Part shown: piece by piece, positions 7,802 to 14,519 of the stretch | Layout of the letters: every line of letters begins with the position of its first letter | Position numbering within the stretch: the first letter of the stretch is position 1 | Source: Bacillota bacterium | Lineage (GTDB): Bacteria > Bacillota > Clostridia > Oscillospirales > Oscillospiraceae | Direction: 5' to 3' | DNA length: 24,000 nt | NCBI GenBank assembly: GCA_023386265.1 | Contig: JAEWKA010000004.1 | Location: forward strand, 480,492-504,491 | Notes under the pieces: model-generated | Told to the model about the DNA's origin: nothing | What the model saw: the letters and a program-made list of their open reading frames with translations, nothing else | Database searches by the model: none | Made by a program: the position numbers and the translations under genes

Positions 7802-8526
7802 ACTCTTTCACCCTCTTCCTCGTCAGCCAGTCGGAGATAAGCGTCCTCAAATTTTTCACAGCCGCTAGCCGCAATCGCCTCGCTGACTGTTCCGCAAAAC
7901 ACGCTTTCACCGTTTTTCAGTATCATAATCCTGTCGCAGAGAGCCTCCACCTCATCCATAAAGTGCGAGGTCAGGAGTATTGTCATTCCTTTTTGCTTCA
8001 ACTCGGAAAGGCACTTCCAGACCTCCCTCCTCGCCCTTGCGTCCAATCCGGTCGTCAGCTCGTCCAGAAACACGACCTCGGGATTCGGGATGAGTGCCAG
8101 AACTATGAAAAGCCGCTGCCGCTGCCCTCCGGATAGCTCGCTGACAGGGCTTTTGACCTTTTCCGAAAGCCCGAACCGGCGGAGCAGCTCGCCGTAGTCC
8201 GCCGCGTTTTTATAAAGCGACGCAGTCTCCTCGCATAGCTCGCTTACCAAAATTTTTTCCTGGTAGCTGGATTCTTGAAACTGTACCCCTACGCGTTCAA
8301 ACAGTATCTTCCGTTTGCGATACGGGTCAAGTCCGAGAACGGTCGCTTCTCCCCTGTCCGCCTTTTTCGTTCCCATAATGCATTCGATTGTCGTTGTTTT
8401 TCCTGCGCCGTTCGCTCCGAGCAGCCCAAAAACCTGTCCTCGTTCGACCTCAATGCTGACATTTTCGATTGCCCTAACGCCGTTGTAGGATTTGCATAGA
8501 TTTTTTGCTTCGATAGTATTAACCAC
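7798..8526 (-). CDS. ABC transporter ATP-binding protein (DrrA/ABC-2 exporter type)
   Basis: Walker A GANGAGKTT, signature LSGGQRQR and Walker B VVFLDELTTGLD are all present. The start is a GTG with AAGGGGGAA 8 nt upstream. Confidence 0.93.
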   Translation of the reverse strand: MVNTIEAKNLCKSYNGVRAIENVSIEVERGQVFGLLGANGAGKTTTIECIMGTKKADRGEATVLGLDPYRKRKILFERVGVQFQESSYQEKILVSELCEETASLYKNAADYGELLRRFGLSEKVKSPVSELSGGQRQRLFIVLALIPNPEVVFLDELTTGLDARARREVWKCLSELKQKGMTILLTSHFMDEVEALCDRIMILKNGESVFCGTVSEAIAASGCEKFEDAYLRLADEEEGERV

Positions 8527-8612
8527 GTTAATTCCCCCTTTTGTAATCAGATTAACCTAACACGTTAAAAACTTCTTGAACACGGTTGGCATTTTACTGA
8601 CTTTCTGTACAA

Positions 8613-8643
8613 AAAATAACACCAGACCAAAGTCTGGTGTTAA
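8613..8643 (-). promoter_or_regulatory. MerR-type promoter/operator for the ABC operon; the same hairpin can act as the intrinsic terminator of the merR-like gene
   Basis: The minus strand reads TTAACA, a 19-nt spacer, then TATTTT. The spacer is filled by the perfect dyad TAACACCAGAC-N4-GTCTGGTGTTA (8617..8642). As RNA it is an 11-bp hairpin followed by AUUUUUUGU, directly after the merR stop. Confidence 0.55.
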
Positions 8644-8654
8644 AGTGGAGGGTT

Positions 8655-9401
8655 TTATTTATATAGTTTTTTCATCCTGTGAAGTTTTGCGAGCATACCC
8701 CGCGCGTTTACCTCCGCATCTCTGAGTGATGTTATAAGTCTGTCGCAAACCGAAATTATATCGTCGTCCGCTTCCGGAGTGTCAATTGTGGCGCGTATGT
8801 CCGTTTCCGGATTGCCCGAAACAGCGGAAAGCAGCCTCAGTATCGCAGAAAGTGAATAATTCGCGCAGCGCAGCGAACGAATTATTTTGAGCCTGCGTAC
8901 ATCCTCATCTGAGTAAACCCGATAGCCGTTTTGCCTGCGCTTCACCGTCAGCAGTCCGTTCAACTCCCAGTTTCTGAGGGTATCTATCGTAATATCAAGA
9001 TAATCGGCGGCTTCCTGTCTGGTAAGGCAGAGACTCTCTGTCTCCTGATTCTCTTTAGTCAAGTGCCGCTCTGCTATCAGTATCGCTTCCTCCGCATTTT
9101 TCTGCTCTCTTTTTATACTACGCAGATATTCCTCCGTAAGACCTATTGCCCCGTCAAAATCGCATCTTGCCGAGGTTTTTATTATATCTATCGCTTTTTT
9201 CCGAAGTCCGTTCTGCAGCACTTCGACCTTGAGTGCCATTCTTGCAAGCTCGAACTGCTCGATATGCAGCGCCGTAAACACGCGGTAACCGTTCGACCTG
9301 CGTTCTGCCTTCGGGATCAGCTCAAGCTCCTCATACAGCCGTACCGTATTGGGATGTATACCTATAATTTCTGCAACCTGCGCTGTTTTATATGTTTCCA
9401 T
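8655..9401 (-). CDS. MerR-family transcriptional regulator with two tandem MerR-type HTH domains
   Basis: The first HTH reads YKTAQVAEIIGIHPNTVRLYEELELIPKAERRSNGYRVFT. The second reads LTRQEAADYLDITIDTLRNWELNGLLTVKRRQNGYRVYSDEDVRRLKIIRSLR. SD GGGTGAGGG precedes the ATG. Confidence 0.85.
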   Translation of the reverse strand: METYKTAQVAEIIGIHPNTVRLYEELELIPKAERRSNGYRVFTALHIEQFELARMALKVEVLQNGLRKKAIDIIKTSARCDFDGAIGLTEEYLRSIKREQKNAEEAILIAERHLTKENQETESLCLTRQEAADYLDITIDTLRNWELNGLLTVKRRQNGYRVYSDEDVRRLKIIRSLRCANYSLSAILRLLSAVSGNPETDIRATIDTPEADDDIISVCDRLITSLRDAEVNARGMLAKLHRMKKLYK

Positions 9402-9421
9402 GCCCTCACCCTCTCATGAAT

Positions 9422-9451
9422 ATTTTAACACAGATTTAAGTCTGGTGTTAT
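9422..9451 (-). promoter_or_regulatory. merR-like gene promoter carrying a second, imperfect copy of the palindrome
   Basis: The minus strand reads ATAACA, an 18-nt spacer, then TAAAAT. The spacer contains TAACACCAGAC-TTAAA-TCTGTGTTA (9426..9450), which is the 8617..8642 dyad with one base missing in one arm. Confidence 0.5.
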
Positions 9452-9482
9452 TGTGAAGGTTATTTTTTTGAAGCTTTAGTAC

Positions 9483-9514
9483 AAAAGCACGCCGTTTTTA
9501 TCGGCGTGCTTTTT
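9483..9514 (-). terminator. intrinsic terminator after the yjdF/small-ORF unit
   Basis: AAAAGCACGCCG-tttttat-CGGCGTGCTTTT is a perfect hairpin with flanking A and T tracts. It begins 7 nt after the stop of the 76-aa ORF. Confidence 0.8.
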
Positions 9515-9520
9515 AGCATC

Positions 9521-9751
9521 CTATCGGAGCCACGGTTCGTTCGGGATAACCTTTTTTTCTCTCTCTTTTTTCGGCGGATCTCCCGGTATCGGCATACCGT
9601 GTATCTCCGAGTATGATTCCGCGTCTTCTTCGGAGAGCGGCGGAGTCGGCGTCAGTCCCGTCATCTCTGTCGATGACATTACCGATTTCATGTCATAGAA
9701 ATTTTCATATATCCTATCGTCTATGGGTCTGTGATTTTTGTCAGTATCCAT
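9521..9751 (-). CDS. hypothetical small acidic/proline-rich protein (76 aa)
   Basis: A strong SD (AAGGTGG, 7-nt spacer) precedes the ATG. No terminator separates it from the upstream yjdF-like gene, and a terminator follows directly. I recognise no family. Confidence 0.5.
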   Translation of the reverse strand: MDTDKNHRPIDDRIYENFYDMKSVMSSTEMTGLTPTPPLSEEDAESYSEIHGMPIPGDPPKKEREKKVIPNEPWLR

Positions 9752-9831
9752 TGACTACCACCTTCTTTTTAAGAGTAGCAGTAGTATTCCTCGAAAATCG
9801 AAATTTTATCAGCGGAGACGCGCTAGGGTTT

Positions 9832-10251
9832 TCATCGTCCCCTGTGCTTTTCCTTTTGTTTTTGCTGGCGCAGTTCAAATTTGAACTGCTTCTCATCTTC
9901 CCTTCGCTGCTTCGTGCTTTCATTCCTCGCAAGCTTTCCCGCTTCCTGCTGCAGTTTCAGCGCCTGCTGCGATTTTGTACCGACTCCGCGCGTTTCAAGC
10001 TGTTTGTTTATTTCTCGTCTCATTCGTTTTGGGTTTATCTCGGGTCTGCTTTTTATCTCGGCTTTGATTGCCGGACTGAAGCTCAGGTCGTTAAAGTTAT
10101 TAATGAAAAACTCATAGACCTCGCTGTCCTTCGGCTCCGCGCCGAAAGTTACCTTGCAGACCTCAAGTTTGCCCTCGAAAATACGCTCATAGACTCCGAC
10201 CCAAAACGGTTCGTCATATAACACCGTTAGTCTGCTTTCGCTTTTTTGCAT
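9832..10251 (-). CDS. yjdF: YjdF-family protein (DUF2992)
   Basis: The N-terminus LTVLYDEPFWVGVYERIFEGKLEVCKVTFGAEPKDSEVYEF matches my recollection of the YjdF/DUF2992 signature, and the tail is basic and K/R/Q-rich. The ATG at 10251 has AAGGGGG 7 nt upstream; the track start at 10293 lies inside the leader RNA. Confidence 0.8.
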   Translation of the reverse strand: MQKSESRLTVLYDEPFWVGVYERIFEGKLEVCKVTFGAEPKDSEVYEFFINNFNDLSFSPAIKAEIKSRPEINPKRMRREINKQLETRGVGTKSQQALKLQQEAGKLARNESTKQRREDEKQFKFELRQQKQKEKHRGR

Positions 10252-10370
10252 AACAAATGCCCCCTTGTTTTTCAGCGGAGAACGGACAACCAAGGAGGCA
10301 GGTTACTGACAGTTAGGTTCTGTGCCCGGACTACCAACCGGACCGTGTTTTTTTCTCCGCTATATTAATC
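10252..10370 (-). ncRNA. structured 5' leader, candidate yjdF-class (azaaromatic) riboswitch
   Basis: It lies upstream of a yjdF gene, the near-exclusive context of the yjdF RNA motif. An outer helix GCGGAGAA (10360..10353) pairs with UUCUCCGC (10282..10275) and encloses about 70 nt. There is an internal hairpin GUCCGG-uugguagu-CCGGGC. The anti-SD UGCCUCCUUG (10300..10291) is complementary over 10 nt (one G-U) to the SD region CAAGGGGGCA (10267..10258). This was not checked against a covariance model. Confidence 0.5.
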
Positions 10371-10377
10371 TACTAAT

Positions 10378-10406
10378 ATAATATCTTAAATATTATTCTT
10401 TTTCAA
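10378..10406 (-). promoter_or_regulatory. sigma-A-type promoter for the yjdF leader
   Basis: The minus strand reads TTGAAA, a 17-nt spacer, then TATTAT. The -35 overlaps the last codons of the yjbR-like gene. Confidence 0.45.
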
Positions 10407-10788
10407 TGCCTGCGCTCTGAATCTCTTCCTTTACTTTCTTCGTAAGCTTTGCGAACACGAGCGAATATGACCTGTCGCAGAGGTCGCGCAGCACATCGTC
10501 CGGTACTTCCCCATCCAGAAATATTGAGTTCCAGTTTTGCTTATCCATGTAAAAACCAGGGACTATATCCTGATATTCGCTTCTAAGTGCCTCCGCCAGA
10601 AGCGGCTCGCATTTGAGCTGCAAAAGCTCTCGACCATCATAGCCTTTGTACTGCGTCCCAGGCTGGCAAGTAGCTGCAAACATTTTTCCGCCAACCAGAT
10701 AGCGGAACCACTCCCATTCCGGCTTATAATCCTTGACGGCGCCCAACTTTGACAGTAGATACTCGTCAAGCCAATCGTATTTCGCCAT
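10393..10788 (-). CDS. MmcQ/YjbR-family DNA-binding protein
   Basis: 131-aa protein. MAKYDWLDEYLLSKLGAVKDYKPEWEWFRYLVGGKMFA is typical of the YjbR/MmcQ family. SD AAGGAGAA precedes the start, which is 10 nt after the MBL gene. Confidence 0.8.
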   Translation of the reverse strand: MAKYDWLDEYLLSKLGAVKDYKPEWEWFRYLVGGKMFAATCQPGTQYKGYDGRELLQLKCEPLLAEALRSEYQDIVPGFYMDKQNWNSIFLDGEVPDDVLRDLCDRSYSLVFAKLTKKVKEEIQSAGIEKE

Positions 10789-10798
10789 AGTGTTCTCC

Positions 10799-11419
10799 TT
10801 AGATGTTTTTTATCGGTTTGCCGTGCCCAACGTAAATTGTCTTAGCGCCGCTCTTTTTGATTTTTTTGACGCTTTGCCTCATCGTTTCCTCATCCTCAAA
10901 AATCCGTGAGCCTGTTGGGCGAAATATATTAAACATTGCGTCGCCGACGATAATGTCTCCGTCATCCGTCAAAACTCCGAGTGAGCCTTTGGTATGTCCC
11001 CGAAGCTCCACAACATGAGCCTTCACGCCATATTTTGATAAATCCTCCCCTTCCTCAAGCAGAACATCCGGTGTAAAAAAAGAGTATGTAGATTTTTTCA
11101 AAACAAACTTTGAAAAGAAAGAGACTACCCTGCCGATAGGAGCTGGGCCAAGCAGAACACTATCTTCACCTCTACCGATTATCGGCACATCCTCTTTGCT
11201 CATTGCAATCGGCACATTCAGCCTCTTTGCAAGATATTCTGCGGAGCTGACATGGTCGAAGTGTCCGTGCGTAAGCAGTATCAATTTGACATTCTTGTCT
11301 TTAATACGCTCCAAAATCTTCGGTCCGTCCTTATAATTGCAGGTGTCTATCAGAATTGAACCACCCTCGCCCGAAAGCAGGTAGCAGTTGGCATAGCTTA
11401 TCTTGATTCTTTCGACCAT
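10799..11419 (-). CDS. MBL-fold metallo-hydrolase
   Basis: The HxHxDH motif is present (LLTHGHFDHVSS), with later His and Asp ligands (RGHTKGS, VGDAMF, VGHG). The ATG at 11419 has GGAGGG 7 nt upstream; the track start at 11434 is less likely. Confidence 0.88.
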   Translation of the reverse strand: MVERIKISYANCYLLSGEGGSILIDTCNYKDGPKILERIKDKNVKLILLTHGHFDHVSSAEYLAKRLNVPIAMSKEDVPIIGRGEDSVLLGPAPIGRVVSFFSKFVLKKSTYSFFTPDVLLEEGEDLSKYGVKAHVVELRGHTKGSLGVLTDDGDIIVGDAMFNIFRPTGSRIFEDEETMRQSVKKIKKSGAKTIYVGHGKPIKNI

Positions 11420-11485
11420 GTAGCAACCCTCCAAAAACGAAGACGTTTATCAGAATCTATCCGAAAATATAGTACATCAGCAGGC

Positions 11486-11525
11486 AAAAAAAGTCAACGG
11501 TGCGAAGGGCTTTGCCCTCGCACCG
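11486..11525 (-). terminator. intrinsic terminator after the glycosylase gene
   Basis: The minus-strand RNA reads CGGUGCGAGGGC-aaa-GCCCUUCGCACCG (12-bp stem with one bulge), followed by GUUGACUUUUUUU. Confidence 0.7.
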
Positions 11526-11535
11526 CTGTTATCGA

Positions 11536-12021
11536 TTATTTGAGGCTTTTAGCAACCTGTTCCCAGGTTTTAATAAGCTTCTCCAAACTGCTGCCGGCAT
11601 TTGCCGGACTGGTAGAGGGCAGCTTTGTCGCCGGAATTCCCGTCTGCTGCAAGCAGTATGTTTTGTAGTATCTGTAAGACGTTCCGCCGTTTGTAAAAAT
11701 ATGTTTAATATCGGCGACTTGAGTTATTACCCTCAGGTCGTTCGGGATAACATTTTTTATTGAGGCGTCGTCCGAACCTTCGATATCGCAGAAAGCGATG
11801 ACGTCCCATAGAGCGATTCCGTTATCCAACAGCAGTGCCGTTTTTTCTTCCACAGTCACAGGTACGGGACAAGCGAAAAGCGCCGCCATTAAGCGCCAAA
11901 ATCGGTTTTGTGGGTGACCGTAGAAAAACTGCACCTCGCGGGATTTAACTGACGGAAACGAGCCGAGTATCAAAATTTTTGAGTTTTCGTCAAATATCGG
12001 CGGTATCGTGTGCTGCAACAT
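11536..12021 (-). CDS. uracil-DNA glycosylase superfamily protein, DNA-deoxyinosine (hypoxanthine) glycosylase-like
   Basis: ILILGSFPSVKSREVQFFYGHPQNRFWRLMAALF matches the small UDG-family proteins usually annotated as DNA-deoxyinosine glycosylase. The start is either ATG at 12021 or TTG at 12048, the latter overlapping the pilin-like stop (GTTTGA). There is no terminator between the two genes. Confidence 0.75.
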   Translation of the reverse strand: MLQHTIPPIFDENSKILILGSFPSVKSREVQFFYGHPQNRFWRLMAALFACPVPVTVEEKTALLLDNGIALWDVIAFCDIEGSDDASIKNVIPNDLRVITQVADIKHIFTNGGTSYRYYKTYCLQQTGIPATKLPSTSPANAGSSLEKLIKTWEQVAKSLK

Positions 12022-12044
12022 TTGTAAATTCCGTTTCCCAATTA

Positions 12045-12854
12045 TCAAACAAGCCTAATCCAGTATCCACCATTTTGCGGCAGACTTTCCCACTGCTTAT
12101 CGCTAGTACCCAAATAAACATATGCCACGCCGTTTTCATAAAAAACATCACCGTTCATAAGGTGAGGCGACCAGCCTGTAGAGCTATTGTACGCTGATGA
12201 ATCAATTATATGTGTTGGGTCGAATTCTTTAATAAAACTAATCGCTGACGGATTATTTACGTAATCCACTGCTTGATTCTTTGTCAGCCACGGATCATCC
12301 CACAAAACAAGATATGTCTTTCCATATTCATCTACCAATACCGAGCCCTTTGATAAATCTGTCAGATTTAGGCCGGATTCATAGGGATTGGCCGCACAAA
12401 AGTCCGTAACTTGTTTGCAGGAACCCTTCCAGCTATCAAGAACGACTTCATGCGTCGCGGGGGTTCCAAATATTACAGTGCCAGCCTTGAGGATTATGAC
12501 GCCTCCGCCCCCGGCACCTCCGGGGGAGCCGATTGCGCCGTGTACAGAGCAGACTATGCTTCCGTCCACGACAGCAAATGTTCCGCCATTAGAACATTTC
12601 AGGTTGTTTTTATCGGCAAGCATCTCGGGGATTTGGCCGTTAAGCGCCTGCGCAAGCGTTCCATTACCCTCGCTGGTCGACAGATACGTCTGATAGCTGC
12701 GCATAAACTCCAGTCGGCTGGCCTCGCAGGTTCCTTTAGAAGAAAACCCGATATATTGTGTTAAATTCGGCACAACAACGAGAGCTAGAACAGCAACGAT
12801 CGAAAAAGTTACTATCAGCTCAAGTAGTGTTATACCTTTATTATTGCTTTTCAT
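12045..12854 (-). CDS. prepilin-type N-terminal cleavage/methylation domain protein (type IV pilin/pseudopilin-like) with an unassigned ~235-aa C-terminal domain
   Basis: A class III signal peptide is present: MKSNNKG|ITLLELIVTFSIVAVLALVVVP, with Glu at +5 after the predicted Gly cleavage site. SD GAGGA lies 9 nt upstream. No pilus assembly genes are in the window. Confidence 0.8.
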   Translation of the reverse strand: MKSNNKGITLLELIVTFSIVAVLALVVVPNLTQYIGFSSKGTCEASRLEFMRSYQTYLSTSEGNGTLAQALNGQIPEMLADKNNLKCSNGGTFAVVDGSIVCSVHGAIGSPGGAGGGGVIILKAGTVIFGTPATHEVVLDSWKGSCKQVTDFCAANPYESGLNLTDLSKGSVLVDEYGKTYLVLWDDPWLTKNQAVDYVNNPSAISFIKEFDPTHIIDSSAYNSSTGWSPHLMNGDVFYENGVAYVYLGTSDKQWESLPQNGGYWIRLV

Positions 12855-13087
12855 AAGTTCTGTCCTCGATTAAGTCGCAACGCGGAGGGAAATACCCGCA
12901 CCGCATGGATTAAGTGACTCCCCTGATGTAATTAAATGTGTTAAAAAAAGCTGAGCGCTTATTCTTTCGGATTCAGAAATATATCCTTTGCATAAACCTG
13001 CTACTTTTAGTTATACAACGAAATTCTTGCATATTAGTTCAAAAACCTACAAGTAACATTATTTTACTTCATATACCTTAGTTTTTT

Positions 13088-13116
13088 ATGATATATGATA
13101 TATTTCATGTTGTCAA
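13088..13116 (-). promoter_or_regulatory. sigma-A-type promoter for the pilin-like/glycosylase operon
   Basis: The minus strand reads TTGACA, a 17-nt spacer, then TATCAT. This implies a 5' leader of about 225 nt before the ATG at 12854. Confidence 0.5.
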
Positions 13117-13180
13117 GACAGAAGCAGGAACTATACACTATTTCACGGCAGTCATCAGCACAGCTTCTTTTTAGTATTCG

Positions 13181-13214
13181 CAAATAAAACGTGGCAGGAG
13201 CAAGCCCCCGCCAC
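13181..13214 (-). terminator. intrinsic terminator after the thrC-like gene
   Basis: The minus-strand RNA reads GUGGCGGGGG-CUUG-CUCCUGCCAC (10 bp including G-U pairs), followed by GUUUUAUUUG. Confidence 0.7.
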
Positions 13215-13254
13215 GCGCGTAAGTGAAACTGAAATCACTCTTGTTTAAAAGCTA

Positions 13255-14499
13255 TTAATCTTCGGGCATGATCCCGTTTGTCTCGAAAGCGCTTATAAGA
13301 GCGGACATATCGGGCTTAATCAAAATCGGCGGCTTTGTCGCCTTGATTGCGTTGTCGACGTCCTTGAGTCCGTTGCCCGTTACAATCGAGACAACAGTTG
13401 CGTCTTTCGGAATAAGACCCTGTTCGCAAGCCTTCTTGAGTCCTGCAGCACCTGTGACTCCGGCCGGTTCGCCAAAGACTCCGCAGGTCGTGCCAAGTAG
13501 CTTCTGGGCAGCCATAATCTCCTCGTCAGTCACGTTTACGACGATGCCGTTCGACTCGGTTATGGCGTTAAGCGCCTTGTCTGGATTGCGCGGAACACCG
13601 ACGGCGATGGAATCGGCCAGAGTGTTTTCCTCCATTGGGTACCAGGGCTTCTTTTCAGCTATAGCGCGGTTTAAGGGGCAGCAGCCTGAAGCCTGAACGG
13701 AGATAAGTCTTGGAAGCCTGTCGATAAGGCCTAGCGCGTATAAATCCTTGAAGCCTTTCCAGACGCCCGCAATAGTGCAGCCATCGCCAACGGAAAGAGC
13801 GACATAGTCGGGGCACTCCCAATTGAGCTGTTCGCCGATTTCGAGCGCTACGGTCTTTTTGCCTTCCGAAAGATAAGGGTTGATGGCGGCGTTTCTGTTA
13901 TACCAGCCCCACTTTTTGATGGCCTCGGCAGATATTTTGAAGGTGTCCTCGTAGCTGCCGTCGACCGAAACGACATTGGCCCCGAAGGTGATGAGCTGTG
14001 CAACCTTGCCCTTAGGCGCGCGGGACGGCACGAAGATATAGGTCTTAAGGCCCGCGGCTGCCGCGTTGCCGGCGAGGGATGATGCCGCGTTGCCGGTCGA
14101 GGAGCAGGCGATTACCGGGGCTTTCGCCTCAATTGCCTTTGCGACCGCCATAGCGGAGGCTCTGTCCTTCAAAGAGGACGTGGGATTGAGTCCGTCGTCC
14201 TTGATAAAGAGCTTTTTGATGCCGAGAATATCCGCAAGTCTCTGTGCCTCGTACAAGGGGGACCAGCCCACTCTGAGCGGAGTGTTGGGCGTGTCCTCTT
14301 CAACGGGAAGGACCTCGCGATAGCGCCACATCGAATAATCCGTTCTATTTTTTAGAACGTCCTTTGTGAGCTTCTTTTTTATATTTTCGTAGTCGTATAT
14401 GATATCGAGAATGCCGCCGCAGGAGCAGTTTTCGAGATTTGGAACTGCCTCGTACTCTTTACCGCACTTAACGCAGCGGGCACATATCACGTTTTTCAT
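13255..14499 (-). CDS. thrC: threonine synthase-like fold-type II PLP enzyme with an N-terminal zinc ribbon
   Basis: The PLP-lysine motif NPTSSLKDRAS is present, preceded by an N-terminal CxxC...CxC ribbon (CARCVKCGKEY...CSCGG) as in archaeal/clostridial-type ThrC. The protein is 414 aa. SD GGAGG precedes the start. True specificity cannot be proven from sequence alone. Confidence 0.75.
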   Translation of the reverse strand: MKNVICARCVKCGKEYEAVPNLENCSCGGILDIIYDYENIKKKLTKDVLKNRTDYSMWRYREVLPVEEDTPNTPLRVGWSPLYEAQRLADILGIKKLFIKDDGLNPTSSLKDRASAMAVAKAIEAKAPVIACSSTGNAASSLAGNAAAAGLKTYIFVPSRAPKGKVAQLITFGANVVSVDGSYEDTFKISAEAIKKWGWYNRNAAINPYLSEGKKTVALEIGEQLNWECPDYVALSVGDGCTIAGVWKGFKDLYALGLIDRLPRLISVQASGCCPLNRAIAEKKPWYPMEENTLADSIAVGVPRNPDKALNAITESNGIVVNVTDEEIMAAQKLLGTTCGVFGEPAGVTGAAGLKKACEQGLIPKDATVVSIVTGNGLKDVDNAIKATKPPILIKPDMSALISAFETNGIMPED

Positions 14500-14519
14500 T
14501 GTTGCCTCCAGAAGTGGCG

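Noticed and set aside
9613-10221. Plus-strand 202-aa ORF spanning the small ORF and yjdF region.
   Set aside because: It is a shadow ORF antisense to two minus-strand genes that have good SDs and family motifs. Its translation is low-complexity (L/F/S/R-rich) and it has no SD.
12855-13087. c-di-GMP riboswitch (class I or II) in the long leader of the pilin-like gene, by analogy with clostridial pilin genes.
   Set aside because: I could not find the conserved cores I remember for either class, only generic short hairpins and a GCAAAGG string. I leave it as an unclassified long leader pending an Rfam scan.
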